From a virus: a stretch of DNA of 44,628 nucleotides. Position 1 is the stretch's first letter. Every line of letters starts with the position of its first letter. The position numbers were made by a program, and so were the translations under genes. The stretch lies in the UHGV virus genome UHGV-0097092, one strand, 5' to 3'. Shown here one piece after another: positions 27,217-36,643 of the stretch. Under the pieces are notes generated by a model. It had not been told where the DNA came from. It saw only the letters and a list, made by a program, of their open reading frames with translations, and made no database searches.

Positions 27217-27372
27217 TTTGAGAATCAAAATGCAATTTTAAAAGAGAAGCAACCAAAAATCCACACCAAAAGAGATAAAAAAGAGTGATTATTGAGTTCA
27301 TTTTGAGAATATCTTAATCACCAAATGAATGATGGTCTGACAGTGAGATTTGTTTGAGAATGAATTGAGAAT
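27217..27372. repeat. parC-like array of TTGAGAAT repeats upstream of parM
   Basis: copies at 27217, 27302, 27353 and 27365, plus degenerate copies (27292, 27411). Confidence 0.5.
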
Positions 27373-27457
27373 ACAAAAATATTCCGAAATTTAACTCTCA
27401 GTTTGAATGACGAAATAACAAAGTGATGACAATAGGAGGATAACCAGGAGATGAAGA

Positions 27458-27742
27458 ATGAGCGCAATAGCCACCAGCGACACCCTTTGTTCTGGTCACG
27501 GAGGATTTCCGCCGCGACTGGTAGCTGAAACCGTTCCCTGGTTCACCGTTAACGGTAAGCCAGTTGTTGTAGATGGTGCCATGTTTCCCAGTCACACTGA
27601 CGGTAACAGTGCACATCCAGGGGCAGCTGTATCGACGCGAGTATGGTTTTCGATAGGTGGAAAGGGAGTTGTCTGTGTAGGCGATCCGCTTTCTTGTGGT
27701 TCTGTTATCGCCAACGGCGAGGATATTTTTCAGGTTGCATAA
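27458..27742 (+). CDS. PAAR-like spike-tip protein (T4 gp5.4-like)
   Basis: 94 aa; CSGHGG...NGKPVVVDG...VCVGDPLSCGSVIANG pattern. Confidence 0.6.
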   Translation: MSAIATSDTLCSGHGGFPPRLVAETVPWFTVNGKPVVVDGAMFPSHTDGNSAHPGAAVSTRVWFSIGGKGVVCVGDPLSCGSVIANGEDIFQVA

Positions 27743-28548
27743 TGCTTGATTCAATAGGTGAAGTTAAAGCCTTCAAAATTCTGTCAGATGCCGGTATCTC
27801 TACACCAGAATCTATAACCATAAGCCGGGCAGCTTCTGTAAAAGCCTCATCGCTCGCCAGCGCCATACAGGGAATAGTTCACGCCGATAAAACCTATCCT
27901 GATTCTGTTTCGGCCTGGACTACTCAATTGCTTGGCTTTTCTGAACAGCTCAATGAGGCCAGCAAAGCGTCTTCATCACTGGCTGATTCTCTTTCCCCAT
28001 ACACCAAGCCATCAGAGCTGTTACAGATGAAGATTGGCTGGGAATGCTACGCAAAAGGTAACGAGCTGACCCCCATACCTGCTTTCGCCCTTGTTGAGGG
28101 AATGGGGAATGTTTCCATTCCGCAATCTCTAACGGACGCATTGACGGCGCTAAAACTTGATGCTCTGAAAACCGCCATGAACGCCATTAACGCAAAAATT
28201 GAAGCTGCCGGAAGTGCTGGTGGTGGTGAAAGCAATGGTGGACAGGGTGGTGCTGGGGGCGCTCAGGCTCCAGTCATTACTCAGGATGAAATTGATGCTT
28301 TACGGGAAGCAGTGACAGCCGCCGAAGTTTTACTCTCCGAAATTAACTCAGCAAGTGAGGGTGTCGTAGCCCTTACAGGTCGCATTAAAACGTCAACCAC
28401 TCAGGCAACCAAAGGTTTAGAGAACGCTGTCGCCATCACGTTAACTGGTTCTCTACTGGATGATGCAGTAATGAGTCCGGCAATCAGTTTAATCATGCCA
28501 CAAGGCGTTATCGATGCGCTCCAAAAGAACACCAAAAAGGAACCATAG
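27742..28548 (+). CDS. hypothetical protein with Gly-rich linker, translationally coupled to the PAAR-like gene
   Basis: 268 aa starting MLDSIGEV; TAATG overlap; central GSAGGGESNGGQGGAGGAQ linker. Confidence 0.45.
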   Translation: MLDSIGEVKAFKILSDAGISTPESITISRAASVKASSLASAIQGIVHADKTYPDSVSAWTTQLLGFSEQLNEASKASSSLADSLSPYTKPSELLQMKIGWECYAKGNELTPIPAFALVEGMGNVSIPQSLTDALTALKLDALKTAMNAINAKIEAAGSAGGGESNGGQGGAGGAQAPVITQDEIDALREAVTAAEVLLSEINSASEGVVALTGRIKTSTTQATKGLENAVAITLTGSLLDDAVMSPAISLIMPQGVIDALQKNTKKEP

Positions 28549-28618
28549 AAACACCACTTAGGCACACAAAAGGATGTAAATTGGTACATGTTTAACACCA
28601 AAAATGAACCTGGAGAGG

Positions 28619-29077
28619 ATGGTTTTGAAAAAGATAATTTTGATTGTAATTGCGCTTTTAGCCATTTCTGGAATTTACCGAACAACGACGGCAGTTATCG
28701 AACACATCAGGTATGTCCGATCGCTTGAAGACTCAAAATCACAACTGGAAAGCACGAACAACACGCTTTCTACCGCATTACAGTTAAGTGAGAACGCTCG
28801 CTCAGCCATGCTGACCGAAAACGAAAGAATTAAAGCACTGGAAAAGGAGTACCAGCGCAAAACAGCAGAACTGAATGCCAACCTAATCAAACAACGAGAG
28901 GAAAGCCAGAATGAAATCACTCGCCTTGAAAATGCGTTGCGCCGTGCTGGGATTAACGATGTGCGTGTGCCTGATGACGTTATCAGGATGCAGCGGGAAC
29001 GGGCAAAAGCCATCAACCAGCGTGCCAGTGAAAATTACCGTAGAAGCCACCAGCAAGCCGCAGGCAAATCTGATTGA
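28619..29077 (+). CDS. Rz-like inner-membrane spanin (i-spanin)
   Basis: N-terminal TM helix (ILIVIALLAISGIY) followed by a long coiled-coil periplasmic region; GGAGAGG upstream of ATG 28619. Confidence 0.6.
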   Translation: MVLKKIILIVIALLAISGIYRTTTAVIEHIRYVRSLEDSKSQLESTNNTLSTALQLSENARSAMLTENERIKALEKEYQRKTAELNANLIKQREESQNEITRLENALRRAGINDVRVPDDVIRMQRERAKAINQRASENYRRSHQQAAGKSD

Positions 29078-29243
29078 TTACTCCCCTTGTTTAGTGCCAG
29101 AGGACACGCCAGTGCTGTTAAACAAGTATCCGACATACGCTGAACAGTTATTCAGCACGATCGACGAATGCAACCAACGAAACGCACTGAATAACCAAAG
29201 AAACAGGGAGATTTGGGAAGGGAAGGGGGATCAAGGCTCCTGA
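28911..29243 (+). CDS. Rz1-like outer-membrane lipoprotein spanin (o-spanin), overlapping the Rz-like gene in another frame
   Basis: signal peptide with lipobox LSGC, Pro-rich mature part; overlapped architecture; true start may be the internal Met at 28932. Confidence 0.5.
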   Translation: MKSLALKMRCAVLGLTMCVCLMTLSGCSGNGQKPSTSVPVKITVEATSKPQANLIDYSPCLVPEDTPVLLNKYPTYAEQLFSTIDECNQRNALNNQRNREIWEGKGDQGS

Positions 29244-29719
29244 AGCCAGATGTCCTGGCTGTCAGCTTCTTCGAAACCGTGACAGACGTTAAAGTCACTC
29301 AAGCGATACTGACGCTGACGGCCTCTATTTCGCTCATGCCAATGCATATATCCACCAGCAAATGCCAGCGGGCAATCGCTATAGTCTATGTAGCCAATGC
29401 CATTCCCCAAACGCGCTTCGCGCGCCCCGGCTTTCCAGGACAGCAGAAAAGAGTCACGATCTGCCAGCATGACAACAAAATCATCCGGATCGCCTATGCA
29501 GTGAAGAATCCCGGCTTTGCACAACTGTTTTAGTGCTTTCGACTGTCCCAGAATGTCTTCACCGTAATACTGAAAACAATCATCAACAACAGCGGGATAG
29601 CCAGCAGGGGGATTCAGGCTGGTTGGTATAGCTGACGCGATCGCCAGCATTAAGCGATATTGTGTTTTTGATGGATTCGCGTGACTCATTTTGCCCCCCT
29701 GTTTACTCATTGTCGCCAT
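29231..29719 (-). CDS. hypothetical protein (162 aa)
   Basis: ORF; Cys/His-containing; overlaps upstream gene by 13 bp. Confidence 0.4.
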   Translation of the reverse strand: MATMSKQGGKMSHANPSKTQYRLMLAIASAIPTSLNPPAGYPAVVDDCFQYYGEDILGQSKALKQLCKAGILHCIGDPDDFVVMLADRDSFLLSWKAGAREARLGNGIGYIDYSDCPLAFAGGYMHWHERNRGRQRQYRLSDFNVCHGFEEADSQDIWLQEP

Positions 29720-30099
29720 GCGTTTTTTAACTCTGGAATATCTGCCATTTCAATTAACTTTCGCAGTCCAGCACTGACTTTCCCGTTGCCAATCACAGCA
29801 AGCCAGTCTCTTACTGCTTTCGGCATATAGAGCGTAGCGGTTACCGGCTCTTCAACTCTCGCCGGGCATCCACATACAGGCCATTTAATTGATTCCATGA
29901 CTTCGGAGGACGGGGTGAGGGCGGGGACATTAAGAATATCTCTACCAGAAAACTGGATGACGATTCGTTCAGCGAGGGAGAGTATCTCACTTTCAGCAAG
30001 AATTGATGCCAGTTGCGCCTCAACAAGAAAGCGGCTCGTTGTGTTCAGGGAGTGGCTTTTCGCGCCATTTTTATACGAAACAAAGATCCGATACGCCAT
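29707..30099 (-). CDS. hypothetical protein (about 130 aa, start MAYRIFVSY)
   Basis: ORF divergent from the capsid gene; start uncertain. Confidence 0.4.
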   Translation of the reverse strand: MAYRIFVSYKNGAKSHSLNTTSRFLVEAQLASILAESEILSLAERIVIQFSGRDILNVPALTPSSEVMESIKWPVCGCPARVEEPVTATLYMPKAVRDWLAVIGNGKVSAGLRKLIEMADIPELKNAWRQ

Positions 30100-30112
30100 A
30101 ACCGTAATGATT

Positions 30113-30150
30113 TGTGTTAGAAAATTAAAATTAAACCACATAACAACACG
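30113..30150. promoter_or_regulatory. promoter-operator-like motif, copy E (divergent region upstream of capsid gene)
   Basis: TGTGTTAGAAAATTAAAATTAAACCACATAACAACACG; shares a 16-bp identical core (GTTAGAAAATTAAAAT) with copy A. Confidence 0.4.
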
Positions 30151-30257
30151 CGTGTTAACAGATTTTATTTTACTAATGCTATTGACTAAATCACAAAGTT
30201 GGTATTGTTAGCGCGTCAAAAGAACCTTCACGCCGCGCCCGAATTTAGGGCTTAACC

Positions 30258-31955
30258 GTGAATAAAAACATTCAGCCAGCTCGTGATCGCGAGCGCGAGA
30301 TTATGAATCGGGCGGCAAGCGTCATGGCTATGACCGTCGATCCGACCACCGATGCTGCGGGCAATATGATTGCTGATCAGGCAGCGATGATGGAGAACCT
30401 GGATAAAGCTATCCAGAAGGAGGCTATGTTTGAAGGCGTAAATCCAGAGGTTGCACGTCAGATCGCTGGTGGGTGGGCTATGTCTCTGCATGAGTACAAG
30501 CGCCAGCATGGTCACTACCCGGCAAGCGATATCCTGGCAAACGCACACATGGCACTTGAACGCCTGATGACTGAATGTGCCAGCGATACACACGTAGGCA
30601 CTGGCAAGGCAATGTTTGAGTCTGTCGCGCAATCAATGCGTAGCTCTGACGGCGTAATGAAAGTTGCTCAATATGCTGCACTAATTCTGCCTGCCTCTCT
30701 GGGTGCTGCTACCAGTGATGCCTGTACTTTTGTTCCTTGTGATCGTGATGAGTCAAATATTTATGAACTGGTCAACGTAGCAGGCACAAAATTCGGCACC
30801 TTCGAGCAAGGTGACGAACTGAATATGCAATCCGCTGGTGTTTATTCTCAAATGAAGCGCCTGTATACCCTTTCCACGAAAGGGGACGGCAGCACCAAAA
30901 CTTTCCAGTTCGACATCCAAAATTTTGAGGGGCAGTCCTGCCCGCTGCGTGCTGGTTATAACAAGCTGCTTATCAACCGCAAACCGTCCAAGGTTGACGA
31001 CGGCGATGGCAACCTTTATTTCAATGATAAAGACTGCAAAGGCAATGCATTCTCAGCTACCGCAAAAGTCGCTTATGACACTGGTGTCATCGACATTACC
31101 TTCACTCAAGCGCCAGCAGAAGGGACTGAAATTGCGGTTCAGGTCGAAATTAACATCGAGCGCAATCCAAGCCTGATTCCGGTAATCAACCAGGCTATGC
31201 GTAAGTATGAAGTTCGACCGTCTCAGTACGTAATTGCTTCCGAACACACCGTAATGTCCGCTTCCGATTTAAGCCGTGAACACGGCCTTGAATTGGCGGC
31301 ACTTCAGTTCTCCGCAATGCGGAACTGGATCTCCCATGAAACCGACATCATGCGTCTGCGCACCCTGGTATTCCATACCGTTTATGGTCGTGAATTTGAT
31401 GTGGCTCTGCCTGAAGCTCAAAACTATGAGTCCTGGGTCGGCCTCCTGCGCCACGCAGTAAACGCCCTGTCTCAGGAAATGGCAAACCGCACCCTGACCA
31501 CAGGTATTCGCGGTGGCTTCGCAGGTGGTGACGCAGCTAACTTCCTGCGTTCTCTGCCTCCACAGCACTTCCAAATCGCGCCGGGCTACGTTCAGTCACC
31601 GTATGTGCAGTACATCGGCACCCTGTTTGGCACGATTCGTATTTACGAAGTGCCGCAGCCTGTGTGTGAGCAATTCAAGGCTCAGGGATATGACTTAGGT
31701 CTGGATGACATTTATTTCTATGGTCGCGGTGAAGGCATCGGTAAAGCCGGGCTGATCGCTGGTGATGCGGTCCCAGCAATCCCGTATGTGCACGAAACCA
31801 ATCCATCTCTCGTTAACCGCACCACTCTCTGGGGTAGTGCTATCAACGAAGTCCACCCGCGCAACGGTGAGAATTATTTCGCCCGCCTGCGTCTGACTCG
31901 TGCCAAAGAAGGTGCTATCGACATGCTGACAGGCAAGGTTAACGAAAAAAAGTGA
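30258..31955 (+). CDS. putative major capsid protein (T4 gp23-like)
   Basis: 565 aa; helical N-terminal region; loose gp23-like C-terminal patterns (GRGEG, GTLFGTIRIYEV); heads the head-tail cluster. Confidence 0.45.
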   Translation: MNKNIQPARDREREIMNRAASVMAMTVDPTTDAAGNMIADQAAMMENLDKAIQKEAMFEGVNPEVARQIAGGWAMSLHEYKRQHGHYPASDILANAHMALERLMTECASDTHVGTGKAMFESVAQSMRSSDGVMKVAQYAALILPASLGAATSDACTFVPCDRDESNIYELVNVAGTKFGTFEQGDELNMQSAGVYSQMKRLYTLSTKGDGSTKTFQFDIQNFEGQSCPLRAGYNKLLINRKPSKVDDGDGNLYFNDKDCKGNAFSATAKVAYDTGVIDITFTQAPAEGTEIAVQVEINIERNPSLIPVINQAMRKYEVRPSQYVIASEHTVMSASDLSREHGLELAALQFSAMRNWISHETDIMRLRTLVFHTVYGREFDVALPEAQNYESWVGLLRHAVNALSQEMANRTLTTGIRGGFAGGDAANFLRSLPPQHFQIAPGYVQSPYVQYIGTLFGTIRIYEVPQPVCEQFKAQGYDLGLDDIYFYGRGEGIGKAGLIAGDAVPAIPYVHETNPSLVNRTTLWGSAINEVHPRNGENYFARLRLTRAKEGAIDMLTGKVNEKK

Positions 31956-32101
31956 TGGTGGCGAACGTGTCGGTATCACCAACGTCACTTGACGTAGATG
32001 AAGGTGAAACTATCGCCGCGAACACTTCAAAGGCACAGAAAAAAACAAAGCAGAAGTAAGGCAAAAACACGCCCCTGATTAAGGGGCGTTCAGGAGAAAA
32101 A

Positions 32102-32380
32102 ATGGCAAACATTCAAGTAACTATCACGCCATCTGACGCAACAGACAAATCTTTCACTGTTGAGTCAGATCACCCTGAAATTGTCCGGGTTGATGGCACT
32201 ACATGTACCGCTCTTAAGGCCGGGCAGGCAGTGCTGACAATCAAAACAAATGACGGCAATAAAACCGCACAGTGCACAGTCACTGTTAGGGAGGCACCTA
32301 AAAGCGTAAGCGCCGTCAGTGTTGAACCAACTACGAAAGAAGTAACCGTAGGCGACAACTTCACGGTAAGCGAATCCTGA
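32102..32380 (+). CDS. Ig-like (Big_2-type) domain protein, possible capsid decoration
   Basis: 92 aa, beta-rich; pattern FTVESDHPEIVRVDGTTCTALKAGQAVLTIKT. Confidence 0.45.
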   Translation: MANIQVTITPSDATDKSFTVESDHPEIVRVDGTTCTALKAGQAVLTIKTNDGNKTAQCTVTVREAPKSVSAVSVEPTTKEVTVGDNFTVSES

Positions 32381-32447
32381 TCAGAGGCTGCCCATTAACC
32401 GTGGGTAGCCTTGCCTCGTTCTCTCGCTTTAGAGGATAAGAACCAGC

Positions 32448-34106
32448 ATGAATAAGATTAGTTTTTCGGTAGGGCAGGCAGCTGGCGTTGCTGTAATGTC
32501 AGTAAATGCTGACGCTACCCTCACCAATACCAGCGGTGGCGCATCCGTCTTTGCTGGGCTTGTAATATCGCGTCGTGGCGCACCGGGTAAGGTACTGAAA
32601 GTTGACGATACGACTTATCAAAGCGTATTAGGTTCACCGATTCACCCTCGCCAGGGCGCGGCATTTGAACCATATCGCCACGTGGAGCGTGCAGTAAAAG
32701 GCGGCTCTGGATATGTCGTTCGAGTTTGCGCTAAAGACATGAAGGTGCCGGGTATTTCTGTTTCCGTTGTGGGCAGAGCAAAAGCGGCAAAGGCGAGTAA
32801 AGAACTTTCCGTTGAACCAACTGAAACCACAGTAAATCCAGGTGACACATTAAGCGTTGGTGTTGCTTCAACTGCAACGACTCAATCAGTGTCCTTCACA
32901 CCCAAAGAGACGCCCCAGATTAAAGGTGAAGAGAAGGCATTATTCTTCATCAAAGATGGTGATGCATCTCAAAATCGCACGTTATCACTAACTCGCGATG
33001 ATGAAGAAAGCGAACTCTTTACGCTGACGCTGAAAGAAAAACAAACCGATGGGTCCATTGAGGTGCTGGAAAGCCACCAGGTGTCTTTCAATCCAGAAGG
33101 CACTAACGACATGGGCCAACCAGCATGGATTCCGACACTGCTTGAAAGCCAGTCCACTCGAATTGGTGCCGTACTGGCAGATAATGCAGAAGCATCCGCT
33201 GCTCAACTCATTTTTGAGGATGTAGCTTTTGAAGGTGGTACTGATGGAGATCTGTCCGAAATTGACACTGAAGACTATCTGGAAGCATTAAAGGTTCTCG
33301 AAGCTTCAGAGGTTAATTACACCGCATTGCTGTCACTGGGTTGTTATGACGCATCCGCCTTAGCCGCAATCAAAAAGCTGGCTGAAGATGTTCGCGTAGA
33401 CATGTTCTATGACCTGAAGGGCAACCAGACACCTGAAAACGCTATTTCAGAAGCGAAAAGCCATAGTTTTGGCGGCTCACATCAACCAAGCCGTTACTAC
33501 TTCCCGCTCTCCTGCCGAGATACTTTCACTGGAATGAATGTCGTCTATGGCATTAGCTGCGACGCATTCGTAGCGAAAGCAAAAGGAGTGGCGCTGGTAC
33601 CGGATGTTGGTGGTTGGCATTACGCACCGGCAGGTATATCACGCGCGATTATTGATCGACAGAACATTGCCCGAATTCCAAATATCGGTGCAGTTGATCG
33701 TGAAGCGTTCGTTCTTGCGCGCATTAATCCAGTTTCAGTTGCTGCTGACGGGTCCGTTTACATTGACGACTCTTTAACAACTTACAGCAAAAACAACTAT
33801 CTGCGATTCCAGCATGTGTCTTCCTTGATGAACGCCATCGCCAGAGATTTCTATGAAGTAGCTCAGGCGATTAAGCACGAACCGGATGGCATTACCAAAG
33901 AAACGCTAATGAAAGCAATGACTGAATTGCTTGACCGTTACGTTGCAGCCGGTGCGCTGGTTACTCCACGTGACAAGTCCCAGGGTGAAGATCCATATGT
34001 TGTTCAGGTTGTCCAAAAGGACATCGATCTGTGGGAAGTGTCCTGGTCTGTTTGTCCGACCGGTACAGCTCGCCGAATCGTCGGTAAGCCAATTCTGATG
34101 CGCTGA
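32448..34106 (+). CDS. tail sheath protein
   Basis: 552 aa; N-terminal G/A/T-rich pattern and C-terminal GGWHYAPAGISRAI...INPV resembling T4 gp18-family sheaths. Confidence 0.65.
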   Translation: MNKISFSVGQAAGVAVMSVNADATLTNTSGGASVFAGLVISRRGAPGKVLKVDDTTYQSVLGSPIHPRQGAAFEPYRHVERAVKGGSGYVVRVCAKDMKVPGISVSVVGRAKAAKASKELSVEPTETTVNPGDTLSVGVASTATTQSVSFTPKETPQIKGEEKALFFIKDGDASQNRTLSLTRDDEESELFTLTLKEKQTDGSIEVLESHQVSFNPEGTNDMGQPAWIPTLLESQSTRIGAVLADNAEASAAQLIFEDVAFEGGTDGDLSEIDTEDYLEALKVLEASEVNYTALLSLGCYDASALAAIKKLAEDVRVDMFYDLKGNQTPENAISEAKSHSFGGSHQPSRYYFPLSCRDTFTGMNVVYGISCDAFVAKAKGVALVPDVGGWHYAPAGISRAIIDRQNIARIPNIGAVDREAFVLARINPVSVAADGSVYIDDSLTTYSKNNYLRFQHVSSLMNAIARDFYEVAQAIKHEPDGITKETLMKAMTELLDRYVAAGALVTPRDKSQGEDPYVVQVVQKDIDLWEVSWSVCPTGTARRIVGKPILMR

Positions 34107-34149
34107 TTTATAACCCCCGCTAAATGATGCGGGGGAGAGAGGTTTGAAT

Positions 34150-34884
34150 ATGAAAAATTATACTGCTGATCCTTTTATGCGTGCGATTTTCGGTTCTGGC
34201 TGCTTTGAAAGCGGTGATAAATCCACGCAGGACAATAATGATAACGCCATGCTGGAAAGCGCAGGACAGAAAGGAAAGGACACTCAACCAAAGCCCAAAG
34301 ACGACATTGAAACCGCGATGATGGAAGCGGTTGAATCCCGTGCACAAGGTGATATGCGCAGCCTGGCAGCTTCCATGATTGCTGGTTGGGTTGAAGATGG
34401 TGATCCGGAGGCTGACTCATTTGATGCATTAGCAATCACTATGGCTGGCCTGGCTGATATCGATGAAGACACCGATTTCACCGATGAGCAAATCGATGCT
34501 TATAACGATGCTCTCGCAGCTCTTGCTGATGCAGCTGTTGCGCTTGGCGCTGATCAGGACGATGTAACCGAAATGATCGACGATGAAGATGACTCAGCTG
34601 CCGAACGTGTTTATGACGCTCTTTCCGAAAGCGACACCGACATGATGGAAACAGCTATTGCCATTTACACCGTTGCTGGTGGTGATAGCGCAATGCTGGA
34701 AGCGGTACGTAAAAAAGTGGTTCGTGATGGCAAGGTTACCATCATCCGTAAACGCCCGCGTCCTCGCCGCATGACGTCATTGCAAAAACAGGCGCTGAAA
34801 AAAGCACGCCGCAAAGCACATACATCCGTAGCGAATATCAACCGCAAAAAATCAATGCGCATTCGCAAAAAACGCGGTTTGTAA
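34150..34884 (+). CDS. hypothetical protein, highly acidic with a basic C-terminal tail
   Basis: GGAGAGAGG upstream of ATG 34150; D/E-rich core, KR-rich C-terminus. Confidence 0.45.
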   Translation: MKNYTADPFMRAIFGSGCFESGDKSTQDNNDNAMLESAGQKGKDTQPKPKDDIETAMMEAVESRAQGDMRSLAASMIAGWVEDGDPEADSFDALAITMAGLADIDEDTDFTDEQIDAYNDALAALADAAVALGADQDDVTEMIDDEDDSAAERVYDALSESDTDMMETAIAIYTVAGGDSAMLEAVRKKVVRDGKVTIIRKRPRPRRMTSLQKQALKKARRKAHTSVANINRKKSMRIRKKRGL

Positions 34885-34933
34885 GTGACATAGGTCGCCT
34901 GCAAAGGTGGCCTCTACCTGGGAGAAATAGCGT

Positions 34934-35524
34934 TTGATTTGCGGCGCGATAATGCCTGACGGAATAAGTCCGTTAATGAAGGTTTATATCCTCTCTTCAG
35001 AGGATATGGTCGTCGGTTATATCGGTGAAGGATCTACCGCAGAACTGTCATCAATGTGGCAATCACCATTTGAAAACCAGTCAGTAGGAGGTTTGCTTGG
35101 TGGTATTAGCGCTGCGGCTGGCTCTCTTGCAGATACGCTTCAGACCGCAACCGGCGTAACAACAAAAACCCTCTTCAACTCAATGCTTGTTTGGGAAGGT
35201 CAGCAACCGCCTGAATTTAATCTGGTAATTGATTTCATGGCGACAACGAACGCGCAACTTGAAGTGAACGCAGCCATTACAGCATTGCTAAAGATGGAAT
35301 CGCCGGAACTGAACAATGTAGCGCCATTCGGTCGTCGCCCGGAGACAGTAACGTTAAACATAGGTAGGAACATAGCCCTTACCGACGTTGTTATCAAAAG
35401 CGTGAGTTACCAACTGGACGCCCCGCGCACACCGGAAGGCTATTTCACTCATAACACGGTAACCCTGCAATGCAGCGGTAACACATCGATCAACCGTAGC
35501 AATATCTCATCTGTTTTTGTGTAG
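34934..35524 (+). CDS. putative tail structural protein (start uncertain)
   Basis: ORF between the sheath and tube genes. Confidence 0.4.
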   Translation: MICGAIMPDGISPLMKVYILSSEDMVVGYIGEGSTAELSSMWQSPFENQSVGGLLGGISAAAGSLADTLQTATGVTTKTLFNSMLVWEGQQPPEFNLVIDFMATTNAQLEVNAAITALLKMESPELNNVAPFGRRPETVTLNIGRNIALTDVVIKSVSYQLDAPRTPEGYFTHNTVTLQCSGNTSINRSNISSVFV

Positions 35525-35532
35525 GAGTATTT

Positions 35533-36024
35533 ATGTCCGGTTTTGCAAATACAAAAGCCGATATGGCCTTTCTAAAATCCCGGTTTAATAAAAACCTGGC
35601 TGCAGGCGAAAAACTTATTGGTTCTGAATATTGGATGACCATTAAGGGTTACGAACATCTGTCTGTACTAGTTCGTACAGCTCAGTTACCAGAAATGACA
35701 CGTGAAGATGTGGAGGATTACGCCCCTGGTGGCATGAAATTCAACCAGCACGGACCATTACGCAACTCTGGTGAATTTCAGGTCACATGCGCGGAAACTA
35801 TCGAAGGCGCAGTTCTCGCCGCTGTAAAACAGATGGTATACGGAAAAGAATATCTGGAAATTACCTTACAGGCGGCGGCTGAATCGAATAGCGGTAACCA
35901 TAAAGGTCTGATCCGCACATATTCTCATTGCAAAGTGTATTCCGACGCCGTGGACTTCTCATCCGAAGACGTAACGGCGGTCGTTAAACCTTCCCTGCGC
36001 ATTGTTTACAACTGGGCGGAATAA
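35533..36024 (+). CDS. tail tube protein (T4 gp19-like)
   Basis: 163 aa; AQLPEMTREDVEDYAPGG and C-terminal IVYNWAE resemble gp19. Confidence 0.55.
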   Translation: MSGFANTKADMAFLKSRFNKNLAAGEKLIGSEYWMTIKGYEHLSVLVRTAQLPEMTREDVEDYAPGGMKFNQHGPLRNSGEFQVTCAETIEGAVLAAVKQMVYGKEYLEITLQAAAESNSGNHKGLIRTYSHCKVYSDAVDFSSEDVTAVVKPSLRIVYNWAE

Positions 36025-36076
36025 TCCCTATCCCGCCCTTGTGGCGGGAATTCCTTGTATTTGAGTTGTAGGTACG

Positions 36077-36628
36077 ATGACACCAACCGAATTATTAGAA
36101 AGCGTTAAAGCACGATTTAATCCACTGCTTGTGCGTGAAGAAGAAACGCTGAAAGCCTTCCTGATCAAAGCTCTGACCACGTATCAGGACAGGGCAGGGG
36201 TAGTGAAAACGTTAAAACTTGAAAAAGCTGGTGGTACTGCAATCCCGTTGCCAGAAGATTATCTCTCTCTGGTTCATGTTACCGACAACAATGGCTTGTT
36301 GGTCTATTCGGATGAATTATCCGGATTTATTGAATTAGAGCTAACAGGTTCAGAACGCTGGCCTTTTCGAATGCTGTATCTGGTTAATCTACGCGACAGA
36401 AAGCTGGATGAATGGCAAGTGCCTCCTGCAATCATTGGAATGCTGGAGGAATATCTGGAGGCGCTTATCAATGTAAGAAATGTCGCTCGGCAGCGCAGAG
36501 CGTCCATCGACGGGAAATTTGACTACTCCGATCTGCCCGATGAAGCCACGCTATATGCCCGCGTGCAGGAGATTGAGGAAAAAATGTCCTCAAACCGGGC
36601 CATTATTCCGGGGGCTACCATTTTTTAA
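36077..36628 (+). CDS. hypothetical structural protein
   Basis: 183-aa ORF in the tail module. Confidence 0.4.
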   Translation: MTPTELLESVKARFNPLLVREEETLKAFLIKALTTYQDRAGVVKTLKLEKAGGTAIPLPEDYLSLVHVTDNNGLLVYSDELSGFIELELTGSERWPFRMLYLVNLRDRKLDEWQVPPAIIGMLEEYLEALINVRNVARQRRASIDGKFDYSDLPDEATLYARVQEIEEKMSSNRAIIPGATIF

Positions 36629-36643
36629 CGCTGGAGGCGCAGA

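Noticed and set aside
29707-30141. TIR-domain protein (N-terminal RIFVSY resembles the start of a TIR domain)
   Set aside because: Only a short N-terminal resemblance; the protein is too short and lacks the conserved acidic residue context, so no TIR call.
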